A DNA stretch of 50,115 bases, taken from contig NW_027361806.1 of the NCBI RefSeq assembly GCF_039654945.1, positions 18,724,001 to 18,774,115 on the forward strand, read 5' to 3'. Made by a program: the position numbers and the translations under genes. The stretch is from Dendrobates tinctorius. Taxonomy: Eukaryota. The notes beneath the pieces are model-generated. The model did no database searches. It was not told the DNA's origin and saw only the letters and a program-made list of their open reading frames with translations. Each line of letters opens with the position of its first letter. Within the stretch, counting starts at the first letter, position 1. Below, piece after piece: positions 35,601 to 46,794 of this stretch.

Positions 35601-38600
35601 ATGGGACGCCCAGACCCTGCCCGGCATGGGACGCCCAGACCCTGCCCGGCATGGGACGCCCAGACCCTGCCCGGCATGGGACGCCCAGACCCTGCCCGGC
35701 ATGGGACGCCCAGACCCTGCCCGGCATGGGACGCCCAGACCCTGCTCGGCATGGGACGCCCAGACCCTGCCCGGCATGGGACGCCCAGACCCTGCCCGGC
35801 ATGGGACGCCCAGACCCTGCCCGGCATGGGAGGCCCAGACCCTGCCCGGTATGGGACGCCCAGACCCTGCCCGGCATGGGAGGCCCAGACCCTGCCCGGC
35901 ATGGGACGCCCAGACCCTGCCCGGCATGGGACGCCCAGACCCTGCCCGGCATGGGAGGCCCAGACCCTGCCCGGCATGGGACGCCCAGACCCTGCCCGGC
36001 ATGGGACGCCCAGATCCTGCCCGGCATGGGAGGCCCAGACCCTGCCCGGCATGGGACGCTCAGACCTTGCCCGGCATGGGACGCCAAACCCTGCCCGGTG
36101 GTGTGCCTGGTCCCTATAAGTCCGGATCAGACAGGTATGACAGCCATATCCTGTTTTGTAGCCCCGATCCTCATAAGGGAGCTGCACCCCAACTTTGGCT
36201 CCTGGTTGATTCTGGGGCGGCATGCCAGGAGCAAGACCGACCCTACCCAGGTTTTGGTGAATGGACACCATCGATCCCTCCAGGTTGGGGCCTGAGAACT
36301 TGCCATAGACCGTATACTGTGGATTCTGATTTTGTAGGATTCTGTTTTTTGTTTTTAAGCTCAGGACTTTAGGCTTCTAATGTTGTACTGGTTTTATTTC
36401 AGGGCTCCCGTCTCACCCGCAGTACGAGCTCACCAAGCGTCAGAGCACGGGCGTGCCGGGGATGATCACCTTCTACATTAAAGGCAGCCTGGAACACGCC
36501 AAGATCTTCCTGAAGAGCATAAAGGTAAATGTGGCCATAGATGTAAGGCATGAAACGCCAGCCTGGGAGCTTTTTTTTTTCTTTTTTTTCTTTTTATCAC
36601 CATCCCTTTTTTTTCTGCCATCACATATCCACATGAGAGTTTGTTTTTTTTTTTGCGGGACATTTTGTGATTTTTAATGACTCCATTTTATTATAAAATA
36701 TACTGAAAAATGGGAAGAAATTAAAATTGGGTAAAAATTCTACAAAAACCAGTGGTGGATTTATTAAGGGTTTTGTTTTTTCTTTCTTCAATATTCACTT
36801 TGCGGTAAAAATGACTTTAGAACTTTGCAATGTTTTTAGCTCTTAGAATATAGCGTCTGAAGCCAAAGGGTTTCCTGTTTTTCGTCTTCAGTCCGGGCTT
36901 TTTCTCTGTAGACGCTGCAGACTTTATTGGTGCCGTATTAAGGTCCATACGACTTTCTGATATATTTCTTTTTTCCTCTTCTTCTTTTGGATGGTGAAGT
37001 GTCCAAAAACTTAAATGTAATTTTCCCATTTTTTTCCCTTGGTTTCAGCATTTTCTTTGTAGGATACATGTTTTTCTGTGTTATTACTTTGCACACGACA
37101 ATACCAAATATAATGAGTTACTTTTTTATTTTTTTTACATTTCTGGACAATAGATAATAAACTTTTAGAATTTTGTATATATTTTTTTTTATATATAATG
37201 TATATAAACTCCGCTATAGAAACCGGCAATCACTTTAACATTGCTGTCCATGGAGAGACTGACACTCCTACCCCTATCCACAACCGCTTAGAGGCTAAGG
37301 TCATGATTGACTGCAGCATATAAGGGGTTACACTGCTGCGATCGGAGCCTCGGGCACCGGCTGGGTAACGCGGCTGCTTACCGGCAGAGTAAGCACGGCG
37401 GAGGTCACCAGGGAGTACAGCGATTGTCCAGAACGATATAAGAGTGGAGCAGACGCCTTTATCCTGGGCTGCGTCTGGAATCACAGTGGTCACTTGTAAG
37501 AGTCTGAGCTGCAATACCAGACACCACCTATAGACACCGAGGGGCGCCATTTATGTGACCTATACTTTAGCTACAGTACTTGACTCGACCCTGCGGCTCC
37601 TAATCTGGAAATACTTGGCACCGTCTTATTATTTCCAATTGTAACCTCCTCTAATTTCTGACCCCACAGTTACTGGCACTTGCTGAAAGTCTTGGTGGAT
37701 ATGAAAGTCTGGCCGAGCATCCGTAAGTATTCCCGACACCGGCTCTCTATGGCCGTGATCTTCCGTCTGTGCTCAGTTATAGTTTTGCACCGGCTGATGA
37801 GCCGCCGATTGAAGACTTCCCACCTTTTGGGGACATTCCTTTTACGTAAATGCTGCGTTTGGCTCTTCTACGTTCTTTGTCTTCCTGTACATTAATGTCA
37901 CAAATAAGCGGAGAGGAGTTGACAGAATGACATAGTAGTTCCAAACTTTCCTTTTCGACTTTGCGAAGGAGCTCACTGATGGAATTTTAGTTAACCCATT
38001 CTTCAGTCAGCTGTAGAAAGTGAAACGCAGAGGCTGTAGGAGACAAACGTTGCAACATTTTTCATGAAACCCAAATTCAAAACTGTTTTTTAGCCCCATA
38101 TACATACATTTAATGGAAAAAAATGCCCCTAACTTCTCGATGGCCACCCTTACCGGTACAAAATCTGTAACTGGGCCCCCTCTTATTACGTGCCATTTCG
38201 AATGCCAGTATCCTCTTGTACAGTAGAGGGGTCTCCCAGATCTGACTCTCTGGGTCAGTGGGTCTATACACAAGGGGCCCTCGTATTCTTACCATATCAG
38301 TCACTTATGCTTCTCCCCTCTTGTAGTTGTGGATCCATCTTTTTGTGACTGAGTCATATAAGAGCATGGCCCCGCTCTGCCCCCAGGCTTGGAGTGAACT
38401 CCAGGGGCTGATTATTTTTGCAGCGGGGTTGCTCTTCTCTCTTTTCGCCTGATCTGAATTGGGGCATACAGATACACGGCGAGCTGCCAACACTCCAGCC
38501 CGGCGTTCTGCCAGCGGACACTGATCGGACACGTATGCCATAACTGCCGACCGACAAACAAATGCCACTAAAACTCCATGAAAACTTTTGCAAAAAATCT

Positions 38601-39331
38601 GATCTCTGCTTTTACGTTCAGCTTCGTGCAGAACTTTTTGTCAAGTTTTTAGTGACATTTTTTTATTTCCCCCTTTGCCAGCAGTTTAGGACTTTGGCTC
38701 CATCGGCAGATGCTACAATGTGCCGGGAGCGGGCGGACAGATGGGCTTGTAAGAGGCTCGTCTCATTCCAGCACTTTATGGCCCGTGTAATTCTTGCCTG
38801 TTCCTCCCCTGTCTAGCGCCATTATGACCCACGCCTCGGTGCCAGAGGAGGCACGAGCCGTCCTGAACATCAGCGACACGCTCATTCGCCTCTCCATAGG
38901 CTTAGAGGATGCAGAGGACATCATAGAGGACCTGGACCAAGCACTGCAGGCTGCGGTGAGTACAGCTGACCTCCCCCCACCCCAAAAACTAAAGGTTACC
39001 CCCTGGGGTGTTATACCAGAAGGCTGAGATCTGCAGCAATCCCATCATGTTCCCATCAGTGCAGACCTTACATATTGATTGAACTTTTACAGACACGGCG
39101 ACATTGTGGGGGCTGGAACTTGCGATCGTCTGATATACTGTATTACGGTGTATAGGTGAAGCCCCCCATGCTGCACGCAGTCGTATACATGACGCCTGAT
39201 TCTCCTGACGCCCCTCGCAGTGTGAGACTTGTGAATAACTCATCCTTTTCTCTCCTTTCTTGCAGCATCCGAATCTTACAAACCCGACCAAGGTGCAGGA
39301 TTTGTTACAGCATCTGAAGTCCAACTGTTAA
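26490..39331 (+). CDS. CTH: Cystathionine gamma-lyase, full gene: join(26490-26666,29253-29334,30505-30600,30979-31088,31882-32013,32327-32384,33529-33606,35181-35333,36403-36524,37670-37722,38817-38955,39266-39331), 421 aa
   Basis: Twelve GT-AG exons (177,82,96,110,132,58,78,153,122,53,139,66 nt = 1266 nt) splice in frame. Cys/Met-metabolism PLP motifs YSRSGNPT, SGLAA, DVYGGT, ETPTNP, VDNTF, SATKYMNGHSD, LAESLGG, IRLSIGLE. Confidence 0.97.
28432..29210. mobile_element. hAT-type non-autonomous element with internal ~26-27 bp tandem repeat (TACCCGAGCACCCGCTATACTGGGTGCG)
   Basis: Termini TAGTGATG...CATCACTA; exact 8-bp TSD ATAGTAAC (28424-28431, 29211-29218). Confidence 0.88.
29253..29334 (+). 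CDS. CTH: CTH exon 2 (GYEYSRSGNPTRNCLEKAVAALDGAKY)
   Basis: TTTTGTTAG| acceptor; T|GTAAGA donor; 82 nt. Confidence 0.96.
30505..30600 (+). CDS. CTH: CTH exon 3 (LAYASGLAATLNVAHLLKAGDQIICTSDVYG)
   Basis: CCATCCAG| acceptor; G|GTAACG donor; 96 nt. Confidence 0.96.
30979..31088 (+). CDS. CTH: CTH exon 4 (TNRYFRNIAAEMGLKVTFVDCSDLKCLEAAITSDTK)
   Basis: CCCGGCAG| acceptor; AAG|GTAAGA donor; 110 nt. Confidence 0.96.
31882..32013 (+). CDS. CTH: CTH exon 5 (LIWIETPTNPT...VDNTFMSAYFQ)
   Basis: GCCCCCAAG| acceptor; CAG|GTGATT donor; 132 nt. Confidence 0.95.
32327..32384 (+). CDS. CTH: CTH exon 6 (RPLALGADICMYSATKYMN; PLP-binding lysine)
   Basis: Long pyrimidine tract + CCAG|; G|GTAAGC donor; 58 nt. 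Confidence 0.96.
32529..33439. mobile_element. PIF/Harbinger-type non-autonomous element, CpG-rich with internal inverted/direct repeats
   Basis: TTA|GGCTAAGTGCACACGT...ACATGTGAACTCAGCC|TTA: imperfect TIR and 3-bp TTA TSD. Confidence 0.75.
33529..33606 (+). CDS. CTH: CTH exon 7 (HSDVVMGLVSVNCDKLYERLKYLQN)
   Basis: TATTTTAG| acceptor; G|GTGAGT donor; 78 nt. Confidence 0.96.
33900..34059. mobile_element. Harbinger-type palindromic MITE (160 bp)
   Basis: TAA|GGCCGGGGTCAGACTT...AAGTCTTACCCCGGCC|TAA; arms largely complementary. Confidence 0.85.
35181..35333 (+). CDS. CTH: CTH exon 8 (LGAIPSPFDCYLCNRGLKTL...VDKVLFP)
   Basis: TTTCACAG| acceptor; CAG|GTAAAA donor; 153 nt. Confidence 0.96.
35556..36098. 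repeat. 25-bp GC-rich minisatellite (GCCCAGACCCTGCCCGGCATGGGAC), ~21 copies, CTH intron 8
   Basis: Near-perfect tandem units; source of stop-free ORFs in all six frames. Confidence 0.97.
36403..36524 (+). CDS. CTH: CTH exon 9 (LPSHPQYELTKRQSTGVPGMITFYIKGSLEHAKIFLKSIK)
   Basis: TTATTTCAG| acceptor; AAG|GTAAAT donor; 122 nt. Confidence 0.96.
37670..37722 (+). CDS. CTH: CTH exon 10 (LLALAESLGGYESLAEHP)
   Basis: CCCCACAG| acceptor; CC|GTAAGT donor; 53 nt. Confidence 0.95.
38817..38955 (+). CDS. CTH: CTH exon 11 (AIMTHASVPEEARAVLNISDTLIRLSIGLEDAEDIIEDLDQALQAA)
   Basis: CCTGTCTAG| acceptor; GCG|GTGAGT donor; 139 nt. Confidence 0.96.
39266..39331 (+). CDS. CTH: CTH exon 12 coding part (HPNLTNPTKVQDLLQHLKSNC*)
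   Basis: CTCCTTTCTTGCAG| acceptor; begins with the conserved HP; TAA at 39329-39331. Confidence 0.88.
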   Translation, partial: HPNLTNPTKVQDLLQHLKSNC

Positions 39332-39370
39332 ATCTTCATCCATTTTCCATTCCCGACCTGAGTGCCCAAT

Positions 39371-39700
39371 AATAAAACCTGACAACAGTCTGTGACAACT
39401 CCGACCAGGCACATGGCACTTTCTAATTATTGTCAGTTTGATTCCTGCTGTAATTATACATTTTCTGGGTGTAATATTGGGCATTGTATTATTAGCCATT
39501 GTCCCTTTCTCACAGTTACAGAATATTCTGTTTTTCTCATCACCCTATAAGGTGTGGGGTCGGGGGTCCCGGATAATGTAGGGACGCCTCGTCACCTGGC
39601 TGGATCCCATGTGTCCGTACACTGGATTGTCTATGTCCTAACGTCAATAAATCCGGCGATATTTTTACATCCGCTTCTTGTTTCAGTTTTTCTTGCAGAA
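39371..39700 (+). terminator. CTH candidate polyadenylation signals
   Basis: AATAAA at 39371-39376 and 39646-39651; the second is followed by a T/GT-rich tract (CTTCTTGTTTCAGTTTTTCTTG). Confidence 0.6.
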
Positions 39701-40810
39701 GTTTCAGTGATGTCGTGAACTGGCCCCTGCTGCTGTAGGGCCGGGTGGAGATTCCTGACGTTCTGTATCGCGCTCACTGTGATGGTTTCTGTTTGTGACT
39801 TTCCTCTCGGCGGCTCCAGACACTCTGTCTTCCGCCCGCAGATATTTCACCACTTGCTTCATTGTGTCTACAGCTGACTGCCCGGAATCTCACACGTTCG
39901 TCTTCTAGGAATTTGTGTCGATTGAGGAAAAAAGATTTTTTTTCTTTTTCAGCCGCATCGCTGTGGGTTTTTTTTATTCCGATGTTTTAGCCTAAATTAG
40001 CAGATGTAAAACGTTCACACAATTTTCCTCCGCCGGCACCCTGAGCCGCTTTTTGGATGAATCTGTCGTAAGGACACAATTTTATTAATGGATCCAATGC
40101 AATTATAATTTTTTCCAATTATTACTTATGTCAAATTTTGATGTATAAAGAAAAGACGGACGTCAAGTGAATGTGACGAGACGGTCGTATGGATGACAAA
40201 GTGTGGATGGCACTTTTTTTTAGGGGAGGATAAAAAAAAAAATGGATGATTTTGCTTCTGTTTGTCTGACCCCTGCCCCATCGTGTTACATTTTGTAACT
40301 CATGGAAACAATTGTGTGACTTTTACTTTAAAAAAAAGAAAACCGCAAAAGAGACAAAAAAACCCCTGAATTTTGCGCCAATTTTATCAAACATTTTGTG
40401 CGCATTTTATTTTCAAATCTGCCAGCGCAAATGATGACGCGAGGTCCAGGTGGGAACAGATGGATGGACAGGACGGAGGAGGCAGAAACCTGCTGAGAAG
40501 GAGAGCTCCTTGTTCAGCTGCACAGTCGCCATGTTGTCTGGAGCCGGACGGTGCCCGCATAGCCCCCATTACATACATCAGATGCCTCACTGCACAGTAA
40601 CTATGTGCACGTCTGCTCTCTGGGGGTCCCACCTCCGATCATGGGGGTTTTCACTTCCCCATTTGATTGGAGCTGATGATACTTGGTGCTTCTCCATTCC
40701 GTGACTATGGGACAAACGGAGATTTCCAGTTCAGTCCCATAGACTGGATCGATGGGGGTCCCAGCATTGGGAGATATGTGTTTGATCTTGGGTCAAACCT
40801 TTCAATCTAA

Positions 40811-41042
40811 GCTGGGGCTAGACAGCGACTTTTGCCGCGACTCATCACTGTACCTCATCGCACATGAATGGGGTCTCCTGAAGACCCGTGAGGCCCCTTA
40901 AAAAACAAGTTTCAGAGTCCGGACTAGTTATTTGCTCATCCAGGTTCCCTCCAGGTTGCAATGTGACCCCATTCATCTGCACTATGCTGCAACATACAGC
41001 TACCTATGACTGCTCAGCCAGTGCTGCTGTGTAGCCTCGGCC
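40811..41042. mobile_element. Degenerate Harbinger-type MITE
   Basis: TAA|GCTGGGGCTAGACAGCG...GCTGTGTAGCCTCGGCC|TAA imperfect TIRs. Confidence 0.55.
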
Positions 41043-41993
41043 TAAGCAGATAATCAATAATGCAGCTACAAACAGAAAAATGACAGTCGGCTCTGCTACA
41101 TTCTATTAAAGGGATAGCGCCGGCCTGAAAACATCTTTTGAATGGCACAGCAATGTGGAAATTCCGGGGAGGATGTATCCATAGAAGAGGTTTCTTTCTA
41201 TGCCTTGTTCATTAATGGGGCTGAGCTGCAGTACCACAGATGACCAGCAGACCCAAGTGGTGCTGTTCCTGGAAGAAGCGGTGTGGGGGCACCGCCGGCA
41301 CAGCACAGGACCCCTGCGGAGACCCCTATACATTGATGTGAGTGCGTTATTTATTTATATGTATGGAGGCACGTGCCCGGCCTGATAATGACCGGCTGAG
41401 CCATATAGAGCATTGATTTCCATTCGGTGTCCCGTTTACATTACCTGACACTGGGGTTAATGGATAATAATGGGGATGATAAATGTACAAGCTAGGCCCA
41501 TAGAAAGTGCAGTAATGGGGTCGGGTGGAGGGTCACAGGGCAGGATGCATTTATTTCTGCTGCCCCAGGAGAGGAGGTGGGGATGATTATTACATGTGGG
41601 TGGAGATGCTGCTGAGGTTTATTATGGTGCAGTCGCCCGTAGAGGAGACGTACTATTATTTCCGACATAACGACGGACACCTCAGTAACCCGACAGACAC
41701 GGTTATAACTCAGTGGAGTTTTTTAGGTGCCGCTAGCGGCAGATCCGGCAGAATGTTATAGACAGTAATGTAACCAGCACCGAACTCTATAGGGAATGGC
41801 TCAGATAACAATTCCATAAATTATACTCATTACTGAAAACACTCCGAGATCGGAGGAGTTCAGTCATGAGTAATGTAGGAAAAAAAGTGATGGAGACGTC
41901 CTCACCATTTGAGAATAGCAGTAAGGACCAGTGGAGGAGAGATGTAGAGGTGCTAGTCCATGCACAGGCACCACTATAAAGTAAAAAGTTTAA

Positions 41994-42964
41994 CCCCTTA
42001 GTGACGGAGCCAAATTTTAAAAATCTGACCAGTGTCACTTTATGTGGTAATAACTCTGGAATACATCGACAAATTCCATTGATTTTGAGAGTGTTTTTTT
42101 GTGACACATTATACTTTATGATAATGGTAAATTTAGGTCGATATGTTTCGTGTTTATAAAGAATATCAGAAATTTGACAAAAATGTAAAAAAAAAAAAAA
42201 TAGCAATTTTCAAACTTTGAATGATTATCCCTTTAATCCAAATGGTCATACCATAGCAAAACAATAATAAATAACATTTCCCACATGCCTGCTTTACATC
42301 AGCACCATTTGTAAAATGCAATTTTATTTTGTTAGCTTTTTAGGAGGTTTAAAAATGGAGCGGCAATTTTTTTTTTTAACTTTTTCAAAGAATTACTGTA
42401 TACAAAATTATTTTTTTAGGGACCTATCCAGGTTTGAAGTGACTTTAGGGGTCCTATGTATTGGAAAACCCCCAAAAGTGACAATATTTTAAAAACCGCA
42501 CCCCCTGACATACTGAAAACTGCTGTCAAGTAGTTAATTAACCCTTCAGGTGCTTTTCAGGAATCAAGACAAAGTGGCATGATAGGAATGAAATAGTTGA
42601 TTTTTACCATCTAAACGTCGCTGACTTTTGAACAGGCCGCTAGAGCCGGCAGTCTCTAAGGCCGCTATTTGCTCATGAATTGCCATGTCAAACATCAGGA
42701 CCACACGATCATGATCCCAGGGTGCCGATGGGGATACAGAGGGAGAAATCACACTGCTTTAAACATTTATATGATATAGTCACTATTGACATTTGAATCT
42801 AAGGGGTTAAACAGATATGAACGATGACAACACTGATCATTTGTGATACAGCAAATTGTCAGCTATGGTGTACAGCCGACAGCTGCTGGATTGTCACCTG
42901 TATGGGGATGCTATTCTCTTATATCTCAGGTCAGTTAAAAGTCGTATTGACGGTCATTAAGGGG
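41994..42964. mobile_element. piggyBac-like (TTAA) non-autonomous DNA transposon
   Basis: TTAA|CCCCTTAGTGACGG...CGGTCATTAAGGGG|TTAA terminal inverted repeats with TTAA duplication. Confidence 0.8.
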
Positions 42965-44121
42965 TTAATATTTTTTATCTTTTATTTGATTATTTTTTAA
43001 ATAAGAGATGGGTTGCTTGTATTTACAAACAGTTTGCAATTTTGTTCCATTTCAGAAACTTCTTGAACTTTAGGGCTGTAGATTTACATGTTCACCATTA
43101 GATGGCAGCAGTGAGCTACAGTTTTGCCAAGTTGTACAGAAGTTCTAGTTCTTCACTTTACTGTGGAGCGCCCTCTCCTGGCCCTTTGTGCAAGGTCTAT
43201 AACAGCCCCCTATGATCCTATCCCAGGATATATACCACTTCTGTTCTCAGGGTCTTGGTGGGATAACAATCTCTGCATCTGCTATTTGTAGACCACTGTG
43301 ACCCCTGTAGTATCCTTACAGGGCCTTCAAGGGAACTCTATCATGTCCAGAGGGTTTTCAATAGGCCACATTTTCAATTTTTCAACATTTTTTTATAGAA
43401 AGCCGAATCATATAGAGCTCATAACGAGCCTCATCTATCTCAGAGGCGAAGCTGGAACTATCTTTATTTTTGGTAAATTGTCATTTGTGGCCCATTTGCA
43501 CATTTGCTCCTATTTCTGGGAAATGGCCGGTCGTTCCGTTTTCTAGGACACCTTCCTCCTTATCTTTCTGTAGACTTCAGGTGCTTCCCGTACCAGGTAA
43601 CAAGGTGTTTCCAGGAGCTGTGCGCACTTCCAGAATACATTTTATTTCCATGGTTTCCGTCTCTTCTCCAATCTGTGTGATATCCTGATATATTAATGCT
43701 TTGCCCAACACTGAGTCCTGCCTATGTGGATTACAGAAGACCAGGAAAAAATGGAATTTATCTAATATCTTCCCGTAAGGACTGGAATAATGAATTTCCT
43801 GGCAGATTGATTGCAGGGAAGCTCAGATCCCCTATTATAACAAAGTGACCAGGAAGTGTTGTCATAGGGACACACGGCTAACACTAAGGGCAACGGTAGG
43901 AATACTTTTCCATCTCCTATTCCGCTGTGGGACGGGGTGGTGGGTAATCACCGTGTCACTTCCAGCCTAACACAAGGGAGAGGATTGAACCATCTCTTTT
44001 TGCATGCTTCTGTGATTTCATGGTCAGAAAAAAAATCTAACATTCAGCTTCATAGTTAGCAGACAGCATCCTGGGAGACAGTGGAATAAGTAGAGCATAA
44101 TGTGAAAAAACAAACAGAGGA

Positions 44122-44531
44122 ACTACAAGTCCCAGCATAACCAAGTAATAAATGATAGCATATTGAACCCTCAAGTACCAGAAGTCCCAGCATAACCATG
44201 CAATAAATCAATATACAGTGGACAATGATGAACTAAAAGTCCCACAAGAACCTAAACTTAATGATAATAACACACTGGAACATTGACGTACTACAAGATC
44301 CAGCTTAACCTAATACAAAATATATGAACAGTGGAGCACTGAATAGAAGTGCAAAGTGATAGTGTAGGAATACTGATGCACTACAGGTCCCAGCAGAACC
44401 TGCTAATCAATCATTACAAAGTGAATGGTGAGTTACTACAAGTCCCAGCAGTACTGAGTAGTGGATATATAGATTTATATTTAAGAATAGAGAAGTGTGC
44501 AGTGAGCAGCAAAGCACTACACGTCCCAGCA
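44122..44531. repeat. Array of 7 ACTACAnnTCCCAGCA-type motifs, ~55-90 bp period
   Basis: Copies start at 44122, 44177, 44232, 44290, 44380, 44435 and 44516; spacers are divergent. Confidence 0.8.
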
Positions 44532-44923
44532 AAACCTATTACCACCTAATTGCACACTGATGCAACAAATCTCATCGTATCCCCAAAGGGAGGAAGAAAG
44601 GAGGCGCCGCGAGTGCTAAAGGCTGCTCACACTTTCCTATACTGTGTCACTCTACATTGGGTGACATTATATGGGAACACTGTGGGACCATGGACACAAT
44701 CACCTCCCATTATCAGTCTATGTGCCATTTCTTAGGGGGTGGCAAAGAGCGTGATTGCACAGGGACCCCGTTTCTGTAGAGAAGGAACCCCAGATGAGAG
44801 TGATCATTCATTCTCAAAATTCTCAATTCACTGGTAAAATCTGTGATCAGTAAATACATATTTTCCCATTACTGAGATAGGAGGTGACAGTTGGTGCGAA
44901 TAAAGTTCTATGGAGAACTATAA

Positions 44924-45573
44924 GGCCGGGGTCACACTAACCGACGCAAAATACGGTCAGTATTTTACATGCGTAATACGGATGAATAACCCCTAAACAG
45001 TGCTCCGTATGTCATCCGTAATCAAGGTGTGGTCACGTATTTTGCGCATGTCAGCATCCGTATGTAATCCGCATGCTGAGATTTTCTCGCAGGCTTGCAA
45101 AATGGACATATAATGGAGCCCTATGACAGGGTTTATAACAGAAACCAAAGAATAGATATAGACACATAGAATGCATATATATATACTGTGTGTATATATA
45201 TATATATATATATGTATTCTATGTGTCTATATCTATTCTTTCATTTCTTTATTAAACCTGTCAGTGTGAGTTTACTGTATCGCGCACTGAATTGTCGGCT
45301 TTGCTAAAAGACACCGGGTGCGTATTTCTCGCAAGTCACATGTGTGGTCCGTGTGTAATCCGTATTTTTTGCGCACCCATAGACTTGCATTGGCGTATTA
45401 CGGGCGTAGTACGCTGACAATCGCAGCATGCTGCGATTGGCACGGACCGTAGAATACGGATGAGAAATATACGGCTGGTGCGAGGGACCCCATAGAGAAT
45501 CATTGGTCCGTGTGTAATGCGTGCTTTTAGCGCCTCTCACTCGGCCGTAATCCTCGCCAGTGTGACCCCGGCC
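44924..45573. mobile_element. Harbinger-type non-autonomous element with central (TA)n
   Basis: TAA|GGCCGGGGTCACACT...AGTGTGACCCCGGCC|TAA; same TIR family as 33900-34059. Confidence 0.87.
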
Positions 45574-45643
45574 TAAGTGTGATTTCAGGAGAATCTGCAG
45601 CAGAATGTCTGTGTCTGTCTCTAGCTTCTTTCTGCTCCTTCTT

Positions 45644-46121
45644 CACTTTAAAAAAGACATCAACAAACTGGAGCAAGTTCAGAAAAGAGCGACCAGAATG
45701 GTGACCGGTCTGCAAACCCTGTCTTATGAGGAAAGGTTGCAGGATTTGGGAATGTTTAGTTTGCAAAAGAGAAGACTGAGAGGAGACTTAATAGCTGTCT
45801 ACAAATATCTAAAGGGCTGTCACATTGTAGAAGGATCAACTTTATTCTCATTTGCACAAGGAAAGACTAGAAGCAATGGGATGAAACTGAATGGGAGGAG
45901 ACGCAGATTAGATATTAGAAAAAACTTTTTGACAGTTAGAGTGATCAATGAGTGGAACAGGCTGCCACGAGAGGTGGTGAGTTCTCCTTCAATGGAAGTC
46001 TTCAAACAGAGGCAGGACAGACATCTGACTGGGATGATTTAGCGAATCCTGCTTTGAGCAGGGGGTTGGACCAGATGGCCCAGGAGGTCCCTTCCAACTC
46101 TACCATTCTATGATTCTATGA
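45644..46121 (+). mobile_element. CR1 LINE 3' fragment (same subfamily as 5857-7425)
   Basis: [20 protein letters not shown]...RLRGDLIAVYKYLKG...; (ATTCTATG)2 tail; 7 differences in 114 aa versus the first copy. Confidence 0.95.
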
Positions 46122-46632
46122 TTTACCCTACATAGAACTTTATGAGCACCAACTGTCATCTGCTATCTCACTTATCGGAAAATCTGCCTTCACTAAATAC
46201 AGTCTGGGAGGAGAAAGAAGCAGATTTCTCTGATCAGATATATTGTGAAGTTTTGTTATTTTCACACGTTCTATTGGTTTATGAAATAAAAATGACGGTT
46301 CCTCTTTAAATGAACAAGCTCAATATTTTTCATGGCCCTACGGAGCATGGCCCTCCTACTAATTTTTGCTGGCCGATTTTGCGGCCCCATAGAAATCTAT
46401 TGGGGCCGCAAAAACAGCCCGCAAAATGACGGCAAGTGTAAAACCAGCTTTGCACCAAGTGACGAGCGCTGCCTCATCCAGGTAAAAAGAACTTTCCTGC
46501 CACAAGGTGATAATATTCATTTTCTTCCAATAAAGGACAATGCTCAATTTAAATATGCAATGTTTCCCTCTAGTGTTTATCTACAGGACCTTCATTGGGA
46601 GACCCCCTGTATAACATCCTTATCCCCTACTG

Positions 46633-46794
46633 CAGGGTTCCCCAACTCCAGTCCTCAAGGCCCACCAACAGGTCATGTTTTCAGGATTTCCTTAGTATTT
46701 CTCTGGTGATAATTGCATCACCTGCACAATACAAGGGAATTCCTGAAAACATGACCTGTTGGTGGGCCTTGAGGACTGGAGTTGGGGAACCCTG
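46633..46794. mobile_element. hAT-type palindromic MITE (162 bp)
   Basis: ~54-bp perfect TIR CAGGGTTCCCCAACTCCAGTCCTCAAGGCCCACCAACAGGTCATGTTTTCAGGA; 8-bp TSD CCCTACTG/CCCTGCTG. Confidence 0.9.

Noticed and set aside
35462-36372. Six overlapping 150-280 aa ORFs
   Set aside because: Artefact of a stop-free 25-bp minisatellite.
46712-46720. Perfect AARE (ATTGCATCA) downstream of CTH
   Set aside because: It lies in the loop of a MITE ~7 kb past the gene; an isolated 9-mer has no independent support.
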